A stretch of DNA of 64,000 nt, taken from Diplonema japonicum (lineage: Eukaryota > Protista > Euglenozoa: Diplonemea). Every line of letters begins with the position of its first letter. Within the stretch, counting starts at the first letter, position 1. A model generated the notes under the pieces. The model did no database searches. It saw only the letters and a list, made by a program, of their open reading frames with translations, and was not told the origin of the DNA. The translations under genes were made by a program, and so were the position numbers. The stretch is from the NCBI GenBank assembly GCA_964019335.1, contig OZ025698.1, forward strand, positions 1 through 64,000, written 5' to 3'. Positions 1 to 13,468 of this stretch are shown here, piece by piece.

Positions 1-637
1 GGGTTTGCGGGTTTGCGGGTTTGCGGGTTTGCGGGTTTGCGGGTTTGCGGGTTTGCGGGTTTGCGGGTTTGCGGGTTTGCGGGTTTGCGGGTTTGCGGGT
101 TTGCGGGTTTGCGGGTTTGCGGGTTTGCGGGTTTGCGGGTTTGCGGGTTTGCGGGTTTGCGGGTTTGCGGGTTTGCGGGTTTGCGGGTTTGCGGGTTTGC
201 GGGTTTGCGGGTTTGCGGGTTTGCGGGTTTGCGGGTTTGCGGGTTTGCGGGTTTGCGGGTTTGCGGGTTTGCGGGTTTGCGGGTTTGCGGGTTTGCGGGT
301 TTGCGGGTTTGCGGGTTTGCGGGTTTGCGGGTTTGCGGGTTTGCGGGTTTGCGGGTTTGCGGGTTTGCGGGTTTGCGGGTTTGCGGGTTTGCGGGTTTGC
401 GGGTTTGCGGGTTTGCGGGTTTGCGGGTTTGCGGGTTTGCGGGTTTGCGGGTTTGCGGGTTTGCGGGTTTGCGGGTTTGCGGGTTTGCGGGTTTGCGGGT
501 TTGCGGGTTTGCGGGTTTGCGGGTTTGCGGGTTTGCGGGTTTGCGGGTTTGCGGGTTTGCGGGTTTGCGGGTTTGCGGGTTTGCGGGTTTGCGGGTTTGC
601 GGGTTTGCGGGTTTGCGGGTTTGCGGGTTTGCGGGTT
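1..637 (+). repeat. Perfect 8-bp tandem array (GGGTTTGC)n, about 79 units, telomere-like satellite
   Basis: Read directly; array runs off the window start and ends at GGGTT|CAGTGG. Confidence 0.97.
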
Positions 638-989
638 CAGTGGCAAAGGCATCCTGTGTGTTGCAGCTGCTTACAACAGTCTCGAGATCCGAATCCACAT
701 GTTCCCATTTGTTCCGCACACATCCACAGCTGCCATGCTGCATAGGAGCAGCATCGCCTTGAGTACATGATGGTTGGTAAGCCTGAGTTGTTTGTGGTGG
801 AAGCAATTGATAACAGTGTTTCAAACAACCGGAAGAAAAAAAAAACGATTCGTATCCGCTAAGTGACCCGGCCTTTGTCCATGGTGGCTTCTTGCAGGGA
901 ATTTAAAAAAAAACGATTTCTTTTCTAATATAGTTTCATTTTTATTTTTAAAACGGGGACTTGTGAAGCTTTTCTTTTTTCAAAAGAAA

Positions 990-2010
990 ACAAAATCAAG
1001 AAAGGGGAGGGAAGCCCACTGACATGAAAATGAAAACAAGTCGACAAATGGAACTTGAACCCGAGAGCAAGGCGTGGGTCTCTTCTATTCCTTTTTTTTT
1101 TAAGGGGAAAGAGAGGGGAAGAAGAAGAAGAGGCAAATTCAAAAACGAACTATTCTAGTATAATTTGGGAAGGAGGGAGGAGGAAAGAGGGAAAAAGAAA
1201 AAGGGGAAAGGGGAAAGAAATGGAATGACATCAATTCCCATGCGAAAAGCACGGAGTCAGGTGGGAAAATAAAATCCAAAAACGAAGGGGAAAGAAGAAA
1301 AAACAAATACCAAAACAAACTAAAAGATCTTTTTTTTTTTAAAGAACAACAATAGTCAAAACGGAGAGGAAGGATGGTGACAGTAGTTTCGGTTCACATG
1401 CCCATCGTCGTGATCATAGAAAAACGGGGAGGGGAGGATTAGAATATCTTTCATATTCACGTTACATGATGGGGGGATGCTGTTATGCCACTGGCAGTAG
1501 TGGAAAAGAAGAAACAAAAAAAGAATTTATCTGATAGTTCGGAAATTTCTTCACTCCCTACCCCAGAGGTTCGAAGAAGTCTCCTGCCTGAACCTGGTGG
1601 GAATTGACAAACTGAGGGGAAAAAGCGGCCCCACTGGGAACTGAACCGGGCCTGGGTCGCTGCACTTTGGCTGTTTTTCATAATTTGACAGTTATTATTG
1701 ACAGTTGATAGCTCATAATTTGGTTTTGGGGTTTTTGGCCCATTTTCTCGGCGGCTCAATTTCCGAACAATCAGATAAAATGACTTACTTTGCACCAAAA
1801 TATGGCCATACCATTTACTCTCGAACCGCTTTTTTTTTTTTTTTTTTTTTTTTCTTCTAGACTTCGGGCCCTTCAGGCCCTCGGCCAAAAGAAACCACGA
1901 TTCTCGGGTAAGTTATGGCCATAATTTGTTTCATCATCAAATAAATAGCTCTAGAGGAGTGAAGTTTTGACCTTTCTTTTTTGAAGGGGGGGTATTTCCA
2001 AGTGAATTAC
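990..2010. repeat. Dispersed non-coding composite repeat, uninterrupted copy
   Basis: Near-identical blocks (GAACCCGAGAGCAAGGCGTG...GGTTCACATGCCCATCGTCGTGATCATAG) at about 5430-6020 and 24368-24820; its right half recurs at about 9893-10330. Confidence 0.85.
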
Positions 2011-3523
2011 CACTCAAATGACGAAGATTGAAATACAAAATAAAGCGCCTTACTTGCCGCCAAATGAGCCATTATTTAACTCCCGCTACCGGGAATGAAT
2101 AATGCACAAGAAAAAGAAAAACCTGTGTTTCGTGCGCAACTTCTTTTAATTTCACGAGCGAACCACTCGTGAAAAAAAAAAGAAGAAAAAAAAACATTCC
2201 TCGTAAAATCTGCTTTATTTAATAAATAGTTTAGTTTTTTTTTTAAACAATATATGGTCACCTCTCCGCTATTTGTCAATGCTTTTTTCGAAAAATGCAA
2301 AATAACGCTTTTAAATTTTCACAAAAATGGGGCAGCATGCAACCACAGGAAGTATGAAAGAACCGTGTAAATAGTCCCGAAAACTCCGTTAAAGGGCTTG
2401 CTTTTGAGTAAAAATACAATGTGGGGGGCTGAAACATAAAAATGAACCGAAATTTGGCTGTCACGAAAACGGGGAAAATGCAGCAAAATCCCGATTTATT
2501 CACCCAGAAACGCGCAGCATTTAACCATAGATCTCTTATTCAAAATTTTATTGACAATCTGCAGCCAAGAGGGGTCCCACTGGAAGGTGCTTTTGTCTCT
2601 TTACGATCTTCGGTGGGCACTAGTGAGCCAATGTGCGCTTTTTGGCCTGGTTTGGCCCTCCTGATTATCAGGCAATAAAATCAGATTTTCTACACAGCAA
2701 CACCTCTAAGTGCTTCAGAGTGCTCTTTTGGCCCAGCAAACACCATGAGGTACTTGTGGGGTGCTGTTGGGACTCTTGCAGCGGCTTTTCGGCATCTTCT
2801 GCAAAGAGCCGAAGGAATTCGGTGGGAGAAACGGTGGTTTCAGCCGCCTCAGAACAGCCCTTCCTGGACAAGGATGTCGACCCGAAGGACATCGTCAAGT
2901 TCTTTTCCTTGGACAGCAGTGACACGCGTTTGTGTTACAGATCATGAGAGTCCCCTGCAAGGAAAACGCGTTCTGATGCATTGTCAGCAGGCATATCGCC
3001 TGCGCTATTGTGACCTGGTGCAAAATGAATCGATTCTGCATCAAAGCCGCAGAACAATTCGTGTTTCTCCCGGGAGTGATCAACGCATTGGGCTGCGTTA
3101 CGCCCAAGGCACTTTTCATGAGTTCCACGTACAGTTCCTGGGCTCGGGTGCTGATGTAGTTGGCTACTCCACCTTCCTGAAGAAACAAGGTACCGGTTCT
3201 CGTGGCGTATGAACACAGTTTGCACAACTTCGACATGGAATTAAAGGGAAAAGTAGTGTAAATCATGCTTAATTTTCGCTGGGTTTAAAGAAAGTAAAAA
3301 AAATGACAGCACCTAGCCATGATTTTCTCTAGACTCGGTCATGACACAGAGATTTTTTTTTTTTTTCTCCTCTCCTTTTTTTTTTCTCTTTTACCTCGGA
3401 CCAAAAGCCTCTCAGCACACTGTTACAAATCCTGAGTTCAAGTACTGCATGCAGCCACTACTCCCTGCCCCCCTTTTTCCTTTTTGTTCTTACCAGAAAC
3501 TGAGGAGCACGTTAAGGTGAGTG

Positions 3524-3556
<33 letters not shown>

Positions 3557-3666
3557 TAAAATATCCATCTATCTTTTGTTTAACAATGTTTTTAGTAGTA
3601 AGGAGGAGAGAGAATAGAAGGGCTAATAATAGTAAAGTACTCTTCAAAAGTAAAATATTTACGACG

Positions 3667-4155
3667 GGTTGTGCACGGGGGGGGTAGATTCAGCATCTCG
3701 GGGCAAAAAAAGCAGCATCAGGACCCCTCAGATGTCTCAGACCGAGAGAAGTGCCTCTTTGCGGGTGGAATATCGGCCTCGAGATCGTCAAGAGGCCTTT
3801 TTGGGGTGACGGAAGAGTGGTACGAAAAAAGCACTTATTAGGACAGAGGTGGCAGTTACAGGTGTAGCATTTGTTGATTGTGCGTTTTGTGCATCTTTTC
3901 AATCTGCAGACCCTGGTGCCCCTTTGAGTGGCTGGTGGTCGCCAGATTTCTATGCACCACGGGACAGCTTCATTTTCTCCCCACCAGCCCATTTTATGGT
4001 CTCTATGGGTACCAACTCCTTTGCCCATGAAGGTTGGACCCCGTCCGTGGCTGTACTTTTGCGGTTTTTGGGCGCAGTCACACCCGTCAATTTTGCGTTT
4101 TTAGCCTATCTACTTGGATTTGGGACCCACTTGGTGGTGGATAACAAGGTTAAGT
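3667..4155 (-). mobile_element. Internally deleted piggyBac fragment without TIRs (family of 53900-59035)
   Basis: Matches 54117-54395 and 58670-58885; encodes the Cys-rich tail CRLKRCTKRTINKCYTCNCHLCPNKCF. Confidence 0.75.
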
Positions 4156-5760
4156 TATGCAGCGCAGCTGTCTACTTGATTACAGGGGGCGCACCTCGAC
4201 CGAGCAGTAGCTTCTTCTGCGTTCCGCGCTGTGTCCTTAATGCGTGCGGTGTGCAACTCAATCCTAGAAAAACAAAAACTGATGTACTTCTTGCCATTTC
4301 TTCTTTCCATATTATCCCCACCACCAACCCGCAAAAAAAAAAAAAGAAGCAGAGAGGAACAATAATCTTAACCTTCGTCTCTTTTCTTCTTTTCTTTTGA
4401 CGAGGAGGGCTTTTTTTTCCTTCTTCTTTTTTCTTTCTTCTTCTTCTTTTCCCCTACTTCATTTTCATCGGTAAAAAACTTCATAGGTCGAGCTTTTTTT
4501 TTTTTTTTTTCCCTTTTTATATAACTCCAGTCAGATTTTCAAGGGTGGGAGTGAATATAATATTTCACATTATTTCACGCTTCACTTTATTTTCACGGCA
4601 GATTTCAGGCTTGTTTTAGAAAACAAGGGCAGAAATGAAAATTACTTTATGAGTGAAATATAAAGTACTTCACGCTTGCCCTATTTTCACTGCACAGCAA
4701 GGGGTCGGGGGCGCAAACACGGAAAAGGAATCACCTAAGGGGTACCACACAGGCCCCTTGTTTTGGAAACCCCGGTTCGAATCTGGGAATCTCACTTTTT
4801 ACGTCACTCAAGGATCTGGTCGCCTCCCTCAACAGAAGGGGAGAGAGGTGGGCTTGGCAAGCCAGCAGCGGTGACAGCTGCTAGTGGGGCAACCTCAGCA
4901 ACCAGGCAGCAGCCCCACAGGTCCAGACCGAGGTCCTGTCAGCACCCATGGACGCACAGCCCGCACCACACAGGATATGCCTTGACAATCAATATCAACC
5001 ATAAGCACCCCCAGTAAAATTTGTAACTTGTAACTTGTAACCGTAATACCCCACCCTTTCAAATCTGACTGACGTTAAATAAAACAACGGATTTAGTTAA
5101 AATAGATCCGATTTTCACTTGTGGTGGCATGTTTAACTCGTTGATGTTACTTCACTCGCTTCGCTCGTGAAGTCATATACCCACTCGTTAAACCACTGCC
5201 ACCACGCGTGAAAATCATACGATCTTATTTTCACTAAATAAATAGTTCTTTTTTTTTTTTAATTTTTTTTTTACCAGTTTCAAACGAAGAAGGGGACGGT
5301 AGGAAAGGAAGAAAGATGATAGGAAACGAAGTGTTAGCAATGGCCCACCGCGGTGGCATGCCAACCTTATGGTGCTCCTCCTTCTGGGGGTCGAGAAAAG
5401 ATGGCAAAAGAAACACAAAATTAAAAAGGGAGGGAAGCCCACTGACATGAAAATGAAAACAAGTCCACAAATGGAACTTGAACCCGAGAGCAAGGCGTGG
5501 GTTTCTTGTACTCATTTTTTCTTTTAAAGGGGGAAGAGAGGGGAAGAAGAAGAAGAGGCAAATTCAAAAACGAACTACTCAAGGGAGGAAAGAGTGGGGT
5601 GGGAGAGTACAATTTGGGAAGGAGGGAGGAGGAAAGAGGGGAAAAAGAAAAAGGGGGAAATGGAAAGAAATGGAATGACATCAATGTCCATGCGAAAAAA
5701 GCATAGAGTCAGGGGAAAAGAGAAAAACTAAAATCGAAGGACCAAAACATAATAGAAGAT

Positions 5761-5792
<32 letters not shown>

Positions 5793-6079
5793 TTTTTTTA
5801 TAAGAAAAACAATAGTCAAAACAGAGAGGAAGGATGGTGACAGTAGTTTCGGTTCACATGCCCATCGTCGTGATCATAGAAAAACGGGGAGGGGAGGGGG
5901 GATTAGAATATCTTTCATTTTCACGATGATGCGGGAATATGCTGTTATGCCATTGGCAGAAAAGAAAAGAAAAAAAGAAAGAAAAGAAGAATGTATCTGA
6001 TAGTTCGGAAATTTCTTCCCAACCCCCCCTATAACCTGATTGCCCTCCCCTCTCATAATTTGATAATCCGAGCTATAAA

Positions 6080-9000
6080 TTGATTGGTAAGAATGCTCAT
6101 GGCAGGGTTCGAACTCGCGATCCCCGAGTTTTTTCCGTCAACGTAACATCCCTGAAGAACACTCTCCATATCGTCAAGACAATGAAGTCGAACGTCCAAT
6201 TATTACAAGAAACCGCATTGACGCTGGGAGGACAGACAGAAATCGCAGCGTTAATAATGTCAGACAATGATATGAAAGAAAAACGGATGTTATTCGGAGT
6301 GCCACAACCAGGAATGGTGCTAGACGGTGTCGAGAGCAAGATGATAGGGAGGAGGGGTGGACTGGCTACGATTGCAAGACAACCAACAACGTGCGTCACA
6401 ACGCACATTGACGGTCTCGGGATCGGACAAGATGACAGAGTACAACACCTCAAAATCGCGGTAGGCGCAACCCGATGGTTACACATTTTCAACCTGTATT
6501 GTGAAGTGAGGAAGAACTCGTGCGGAAAGCGGCTGAGAGAGGCACTTCTGGACGGGATACTGAACAAGGCAAGGGCTCTCCTTGGGGACGTTCCAATCAT
6601 CGTAGCGGGTGATTTCAACACCACGGTAGCCGAGTCGCCAGTGCTGAAGACCGCCCTCCAGAGCCACTGGATCGATGCAGCAGCAATGCAAGCACGAAAG
6701 GAGGGGCTGGAGGCACCACCGTCGTACATAACCAGTACAGCATCAACGAGACCCGACTATATCCTTCTCAATAGTGCCGCTGCGACCACCCTGAAAGAAT
6801 GCAGAACGGAAGATATTGGTGTTCCGTCACACAGAGCGGTAACAGTCACCCTGGAAATGGAGCCACTAAGACAATTGGTAAGAATATATCAAGTACCACA
6901 GATCCTCACACAAAGAGACACGGCGAATGCGGAAGAGGAAGGGAGCGACATCTTCGGGAAATACAAGCTTGACCGCTTATCGTCATGCACAGCCAGTGAG
7001 ATCGATGCTTGTTACACGAGGCTATCAGAAGCTGTGGAGCAGTTTTATCATGCAAGCAAAGCGCAGATGGGGAGAGGTTGCGTGCGTGAACCGAAGCTAA
7101 GAGAGTTGATAGCGCCATCGACCAGTGGAGGATGCGGTGCAGCGACTTGGAAGGAGCACAAACACCCATTACTTAAAGGAAAGATAAATAGCTTCCTCTC
7201 GCGCCTTGGAGACTACGAAGGGATGCTCCCGTATGATGTACGAAACCAATTAAGGAAAGTGGAAAAGTACGCGGTAGGGATAGGCGTGCATCCAAAGAGA
7301 AGCAACATGGAGCAGTGGACATGCGTCGGGGACATAACCAAAGAACTCATGGTGATGAGGGAGGAGGCCCACAAGACGTACGCCAAAGAACTGCAACGAA
7401 TAAAGTCTAAACGCGCGAAGGCAGAAGAGGCCAGAATTTTATCATCTTTCGGAAGAGAGAGGAAGAGGATCACTGCATTTCTGAAGTCTGGTGACGCTAC
7501 TGACATGATGAAGGCGAAGACAACCGAACAAATTAACAACGGAAAAACCATGACAGCGAGCAACGAGCAGATGTTGGAGGCACTGCGAAGCAAGTGGGAT
7601 AGCATATTCTGCATGTACAGGGGAAAGCAACAACCAAGATATAGCAGTTCAAGGAGAAGTACAAGGACTACATCAACAACTACGAGATGGAATGCTCCGA
7701 GATAACGTGTGCTGATCTACGCGAAGTGCTGAAGAAAACCAAAGGCAAACACTCATGTGGGGTCGATGGGTGGAGATTCGCCGAAATTGAGGCACTACCT
7801 GACACTCTGCTCAAAGGGTTTGCAAACCTCCTCAACGCCATTGAAAGGACGGGTATATGGCCAGAACCGGTGCTCACCGCCTTAGTAACCATGCTGCCGA
7901 AATCGGGAACGGGGGAGCCCCTGGACCACAGACCGATCACAGTCACGAGTGTCGTGTATAGATTGTGGGCATGCGTGAGGCTGAAGGGAGTGCTCCTATG
8001 GCAGGAAGAATGGATAAGGGATAGCCAGCACGGGTTTCGACCTGGACATGGCTGTGATGATGTGCTCGCTGAGCTGTCGACGAGGGCTGAAGCAGCGATA
8101 CTAGGAGGAGCACAATTACATGGAGTCGCTGTTGATTTCCAGAAATGTTTTGATACAGTGCCACAGGAGCTATCCCTGAGGCTGGTTGAGGAACTAGGAC
8201 TACATCCTTGCATAGCGAGACCACTGCGATATGTCTACGCCAACCTGTCACGGAGACTAAAACTTCCTAATGGAGTCGGAGACCCCTTTGAGGTGACGAA
8301 TGGCATCCTACAAGGGTGCCCCCTGTCAGCGGTCCTCATCAACGCCCTCTTGTCGGTGCTCGTAGCAGACATGGAGGAGAGCACCGATGCCATCGTAACC
8401 TCGTACGCCGGCGACCTCACTGCGATGTCCAAGGAAGGGGAGAAGCCGATACAAGAGGCGATGAACGTTGCAAAGATGTTCTGCATGATCACCGGGATGA
8501 TCATAAGCAAACCGAAGACGTTGACATTCTCGACGAAGAAGGGATACGTGTCCAAAGTGAAAGATGGTGAGTTCACTTATGCATCGACGAAGGCTGTGAA
8601 AGCACTCGGAGTTACAATTTATGTAACAAGAGCACGTCAAGCGGGCCACAAAAGGGTCTCAGACGCGATAGAAGCAGCAAGACGGCTAGGAGCGACACAA
8701 CTGCCGTTCGTGAAAAAATCGTTGATAGTGGCACAAAACATCATCCCGGCGGCCCTATATGGTGTTTTGTACGAGCCACCAACGAGGCAACGCCTTGAAG
8801 ACCTCAGGATAGCAGTGACAGATGCACTTTGGGGACCCAAGTACGCGACTCGTTCATCACCGACCCTACTAAACGTGGTACTCCCTGGCCATACACATGA
8901 TCCAGCGGGGAGGTGGCTGGAACCTACACAGCATACCTGGAGCATATCTACTGGAAGTGCAAAGAGTATGAATCTGTACGGAAAGAAGCGATGTACACCA

Positions 9001-9808
9001 CGGTAATGAATTTTCCGAAGGAAGATATGCCTCAATGTCTAAGACTTCATGGAATCATACCGAAAAACTGCAAAGTACCACAGCCGGAAATTGTGCAGAA
9101 ACTGCTAGTCAACATGATAACTCTTGCGGACGCAACCAAGATGATAGCAGAAAAGAATGAGAAAAGGGTACATGTATGGAGACGCCCTGCGCTATGGAGC
9201 AAGTACACAGTACCTGAAATGAGGTGGTTCCGAAAGCACTTGAAGATGAACTTCATAGGAGCACAGATTGTGCCGGAAGTAGTTAAGTGGCTTTCGAAAT
9301 TAGAATGGAATAAGCAGGGGTCGGTGACTAGACTAGAGCTAGTGATAGATTTCGAGCTGACGAGTGGGGTGTACGTTTTGGGCAGGCAAGACGACATCAC
9401 CAAGAGGGCCAACCGATTGGCAAAAATAATTGAAAGACTGATGGGCGCAGCCGAGGCACGCACCAAAGCCGTTCATGCCCAAGGAAATAACTGAATCCGT
9501 GGCATTACGATCGATAGGTGCACCCAAGAGACTGAAGGGGTACACCGGAAGGCCGAAATTCGCATCCAGCAGAACGTGCGAAATTCTGGAAAGACAATGC
9601 GCAGTACCGACTGCACAGAGAAAAGAGTGGTCCGACCCCTTCGTGCCCGACTACAGAGCACAACAACCTACCAGAACGCAGTCCACCCTTCCCGCAGCCA
9701 TGCATCCTTCAGCACAGAAGGGTAGCAACATCCGCTAGCGCGGTTAAGAAGTTGCTCGTACGCCAGGCGGTTTATGAAGCAACCAAAGTCATTCTTCTTT
9801 TTTTTTTT
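6080..9808 (+). mobile_element. LINE-A: 5'-truncated APE-RT non-LTR retrotransposon, defective
   Basis: APE motifs (SVNVTSL, LLQET, AGDFN, RPDYIL, SH); RT motifs (RPITV, QHGFR, DFQKCFDTV, GILQGCPLS); catalytic YADD reads YAGD; frameshifts near 7640, 8910 and 9460; C-terminal LELVIDFE motif. Confidence 0.93.
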
Positions 9809-11020
9809 GAAATCATTCGGGCAGTTTTAGGGGAAAATGCGACCCGGAAGGTTCGAGAATGGGACCGAGTCAAGCTTCTTTGGAATCTTGCTGAAGAAGT
9901 CTCCTGCCTGAACCGGTGGGAATTGACAAACTGAGGGGAAAAAGCGGCCCCACTGGGAACTGAACCGGGCCTGGGTCACTGCACTTTGGCTGTTTTTCAT
10001 AATTTGACAGCTATTATTGGCAGTTGATAGCTCATAATTTGGTTTTGGGGTTTTTGGCCCACTTTCTCGGTCCATCGGAGTGGCTCAATTTCCGAACAAT
10101 CAGATAAAATGACTTACTTTGCACCAAAATATGGCCATACCATTTACTCTCGAACCGTTTTTTTTTTTTTTTTTTTTTTCTAGACTTCGGACCTTCCAGG
10201 CCCTCAGCCAAAAAAAACCACGATTCTCGGGTAAATTGTGGCCATAATTTGTTTCAAATAAATAGCTATAAAGGAGTGAGAAGTTTTGACCTTTCTTTTT
10301 TGAAGGGGGGTATTTCCAAGTGAATTGCCCCAGGCTGGCCGTGTTGGTGAGAAAACAAAAAGGGAACAACGAAGTTTAGTCTTTTATTTCATTTTTTCTT
10401 ATTTTTTTTTTAATTTTTCCTCACTGTAGTGGGGGGGGGGGGGGGGGGGGGGGGGGGAATCCCCCCATCACAGTATTATTCAAATATTCTTTCAGTTTCT
10501 CTGATAAATTCAGGTAAAAAAATAAGTAAAATAAAATAAAAAACCATGCATTCTTTTTTTTCTTTTGTTTTTGCGGGAACTAATCAAACTTTGAAAGGAA
10601 TTGTTATTGCTAAAAAATAGTAGAGGCAGCTTGTCCGCTCATCCCTTCTGTAAGTTCAAACGGCGTGCACAAACAAGATTTAGCACAAGAAAAAGAAAAA
10701 CCTGTGTTTCGTGCGCAATTTCTTCTTTTTCTTTTTCCCCCCCTTCCTTTTTAACTCTACAGAAAAAGAAGAGGGGAGAGAAAGAAAAGAAGAAGAAAAA
10801 GGTCAGCTTGTAACGCAGATTGTTGCACGACCATTCCTTTTAGATAACTAAAACAACAACAAAGTGTTTCTATTTTTTTTTTGTCGTAAAAGTATCGTGA
10901 ACCTGCAACAAAGCCAACTCAACGCAGACTTCGGTGATTGCTAAAATAGGTGGGGGAGTTGAAAAAAAGTTTACTTAAATATAAAACATGATGATATAAA
11001 ACGTTTTTTTCTTTTTTTAA

Positions 11021-13078
11021 CCATTAAACCCACATGTCATATATATATGACATTAAAAAAAAAAGAAGAATGACTTTGGTTGCTTCATAAACCGCCTGGC
11101 GTACGAGCAACTTCTTAACCGCGCTAGCGGATATTGCTACCCTTCTGTGCTGAAGGATGCATGGCTGCGGGAAGGGTGGACTGCGTTCTGGTAGGTTGTT
11201 GTGCTCTGTAGTCAGGCACGAAGGGGTCGGACCACTCTTTTCTCTGTGCAGTCGGTTCTGCGCATTGTCTTTCCAGAATTTCGCGCGTTCTGCTGGATGC
11301 GAATTTCGGCCTTCCGGTGTACCCCTTCAATCGCTTGGATCGATCGCAATGCCACGGATTCTGTTATTTCCTTGGGCATGAATGGCTTTGGTGCGTGTGC
11401 CTCGGCTGCGCCCATCAGCTTTTCTATTATTTTTGCCAATCGGTTGGCCCTCTTGGTGATGTCGTCTTGTCTGCCTAAAACGTACACCCCACTCGTTAGC
11501 TCGAAAAAAGAAAAAATATATAGGCCTTTTGGTCAAATTATGACCTTTCTTTCACTTTTCTGACGCCATTGCACGATTTCTTCCACTTTGTTTGGCTAAA
11601 TGCTGCCCTTTTTCAGCATTATTTTAAGAATTTGAGAGGTCGAAAATCCGGGAAAAAATGATTTGAGAATGAAGAATACTCGACTGGAGCAGAGGGCTGG
11701 TCGTGAGTGATGAAGAATGCAAAGAAATGTCAGAAAATGGTAGTTCTGAGTCTAGTAGTACTTGGGGGGAGGAAAGTGTGGAAGAATTGGAGGAAATGGG
11801 GTGGAAAGAGGCAGTGTAATCGAACCAGCAGACGACCCAACAGGGAAGAGCCCTCTCCAGCTTTTTTATTCGTTTTTTACACCATCTCCGATGCCTGACA
11901 GCATTCACAAACAACCACCTGGAGCGCCGCAAAATCGACAAAAGAGTCACGGAAGCTGAAATCCGAGCGTTTCTGGGCCTATGGGTGTTAATGGACCTCA
12001 CCATCCGTCCCAACTTCCGTGACTACTGGAAAACCGATCCTGACTCCATTATGCATACTCAGGGGTTTGCACGCGTCATGTCCGGAAACCGGTTTGAGCT
12101 GTTCTTTGGAAACATATATCTGTGCAAGGACCCATCCTGGGACCCTGATCGAGATGAGATCAGCTCGGCATGACAAACTCTACAAGGCCCGCTGGCTGGT
12201 TGAAGCTGTGATGCAGCGTTGGGGAAAGGCCTCCCGGACTATCAAGGAACGGGGACAGGTGATGAAAAGGGGAGAGTTCCGTGTGTTCCAACGAAACAGG
12301 CCCGGCATGCACTTTTTTTTCGTGGCGGGGCGGAAAGCTTGTCCTGAGCACACCCCCTTTCAAGCCAAAGATGACCGCCACTTCTTCATTCAACTGCTGG
12401 GTACTTGCGAAGAGCGTCAATTCCCCCATCAAGTTCAATGAACTGGAAGAATGCATCGCACACGGCCTCTGTAAATGCATGGGCAAAGAACCTGCACCAT
12501 CGAGACCACAAGACTCGAAGGATGTAACGTTTGACCGCATCAAAGAGCATTTTCCTGCAAAGATTAGCATAATAGGTGCGTAGTCCATCATTGCATGGGT
12601 CCCAGAAGGTCCTCTGGCTATGAATGTTCTACCTGTGGCAAGTGCCTCTATTCCACACCTTGCTTTTGGCTTTACCACCTAACGAAGACATCACCGAGGA
12701 TGATCTTCAGGAGCCCGAAACACCGACAAGTACCAGAAACTCACTGATGGACCCCCGGACCCCCTCCACTGGCCAGAGAGGTGTGAAACGCAAGCTAAAT
12801 CTGGGCTAGAATAGTGTTACAAGGGGCTTTTAGTGCATTTTATTATTATTTATTTTGCACTTTTTTCTACTCCTCTTCCCCCCCTTACCAAAAAGGGTGT
12901 TGGGTCAAAAATCATAAGTTCAAAAGCCAGTTCAGGGGAACCCTGATACGTGAATGTCTCCAGAGGTCATTTCTCCATAAAAAGAACACTTTGTATGGTT
13001 AAATGCTGCCATTTTTTGAATTTTTTAGAATCGCCTCAAAAATGGGCTTTTTCGGTTTTTTGCCTGTGGGCTTAATGG
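11021..13078 (+). mobile_element. piggyBac element with decayed transposase
   Basis: TTAA at 11017-11020 and 13079-13082; TIR CCATTAA(A/G)CCCACA 13/14; remnants EIRAFLGLWVLM, DYWKTD, MSGNRFE, DKLYKAR. Confidence 0.88.
11055..11503 (-). mobile_element. 5'-truncated LINE-A 3' fragment nested in piggyBac
   Basis: Reverse complement of about 9353-9808, including the same 3' terminus. Confidence 0.92.
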
Positions 13079-13468
13079 TTAAAAAAAAAAAAGACAATGT
13101 GAAATATCCATCTATCTTTTGTTTAACAATGTTTTTAGTAGTAAGGAGGAGAGAGAATAGAAAGGCTAATAATAGTAAAGTACTCTTCAAAAGTAAAATA
13201 TTTACTTTTAAAAAAAAAGAAGAAGAAGAAGAGGAAGGGAGGAACAATAATCTTAACCCTCGTCTCTTTTCTTTTTGTTTTGACGAGGAGGGCTTTTTTT
13301 CATTCTTCTTCTTTTTTCTTTTTTCTTTTTTCTTATTCTTCTTCTTCTTCTTCTTTTCCCCTGCTTTTTTTTCATCGGTGAAAAAACTTCATAGGTCGAG
13401 ATTTCTTTTTTGCTTTTTTTTACCAGTTTCAAATGAAGAAGGGGACGGTAGGGAAAGGAATAGGAAAG

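Noticed and set aside
5-770. Three 246-249 aa ORFs
   Set aside because: Translation of the stop-free 8-bp satellite.
2633-3266. Possible transposase N-terminal remnant
   Set aside because: Only a vague GYSTF-type resemblance; no catalytic motif or termini.
6094-6124. tRNA-like T-arm on minus strand at the LINE-A 5' junction, and another near 4770
   Set aside because: No D-arm, anticodon arm or 5' acceptor strand; not tRNA genes.
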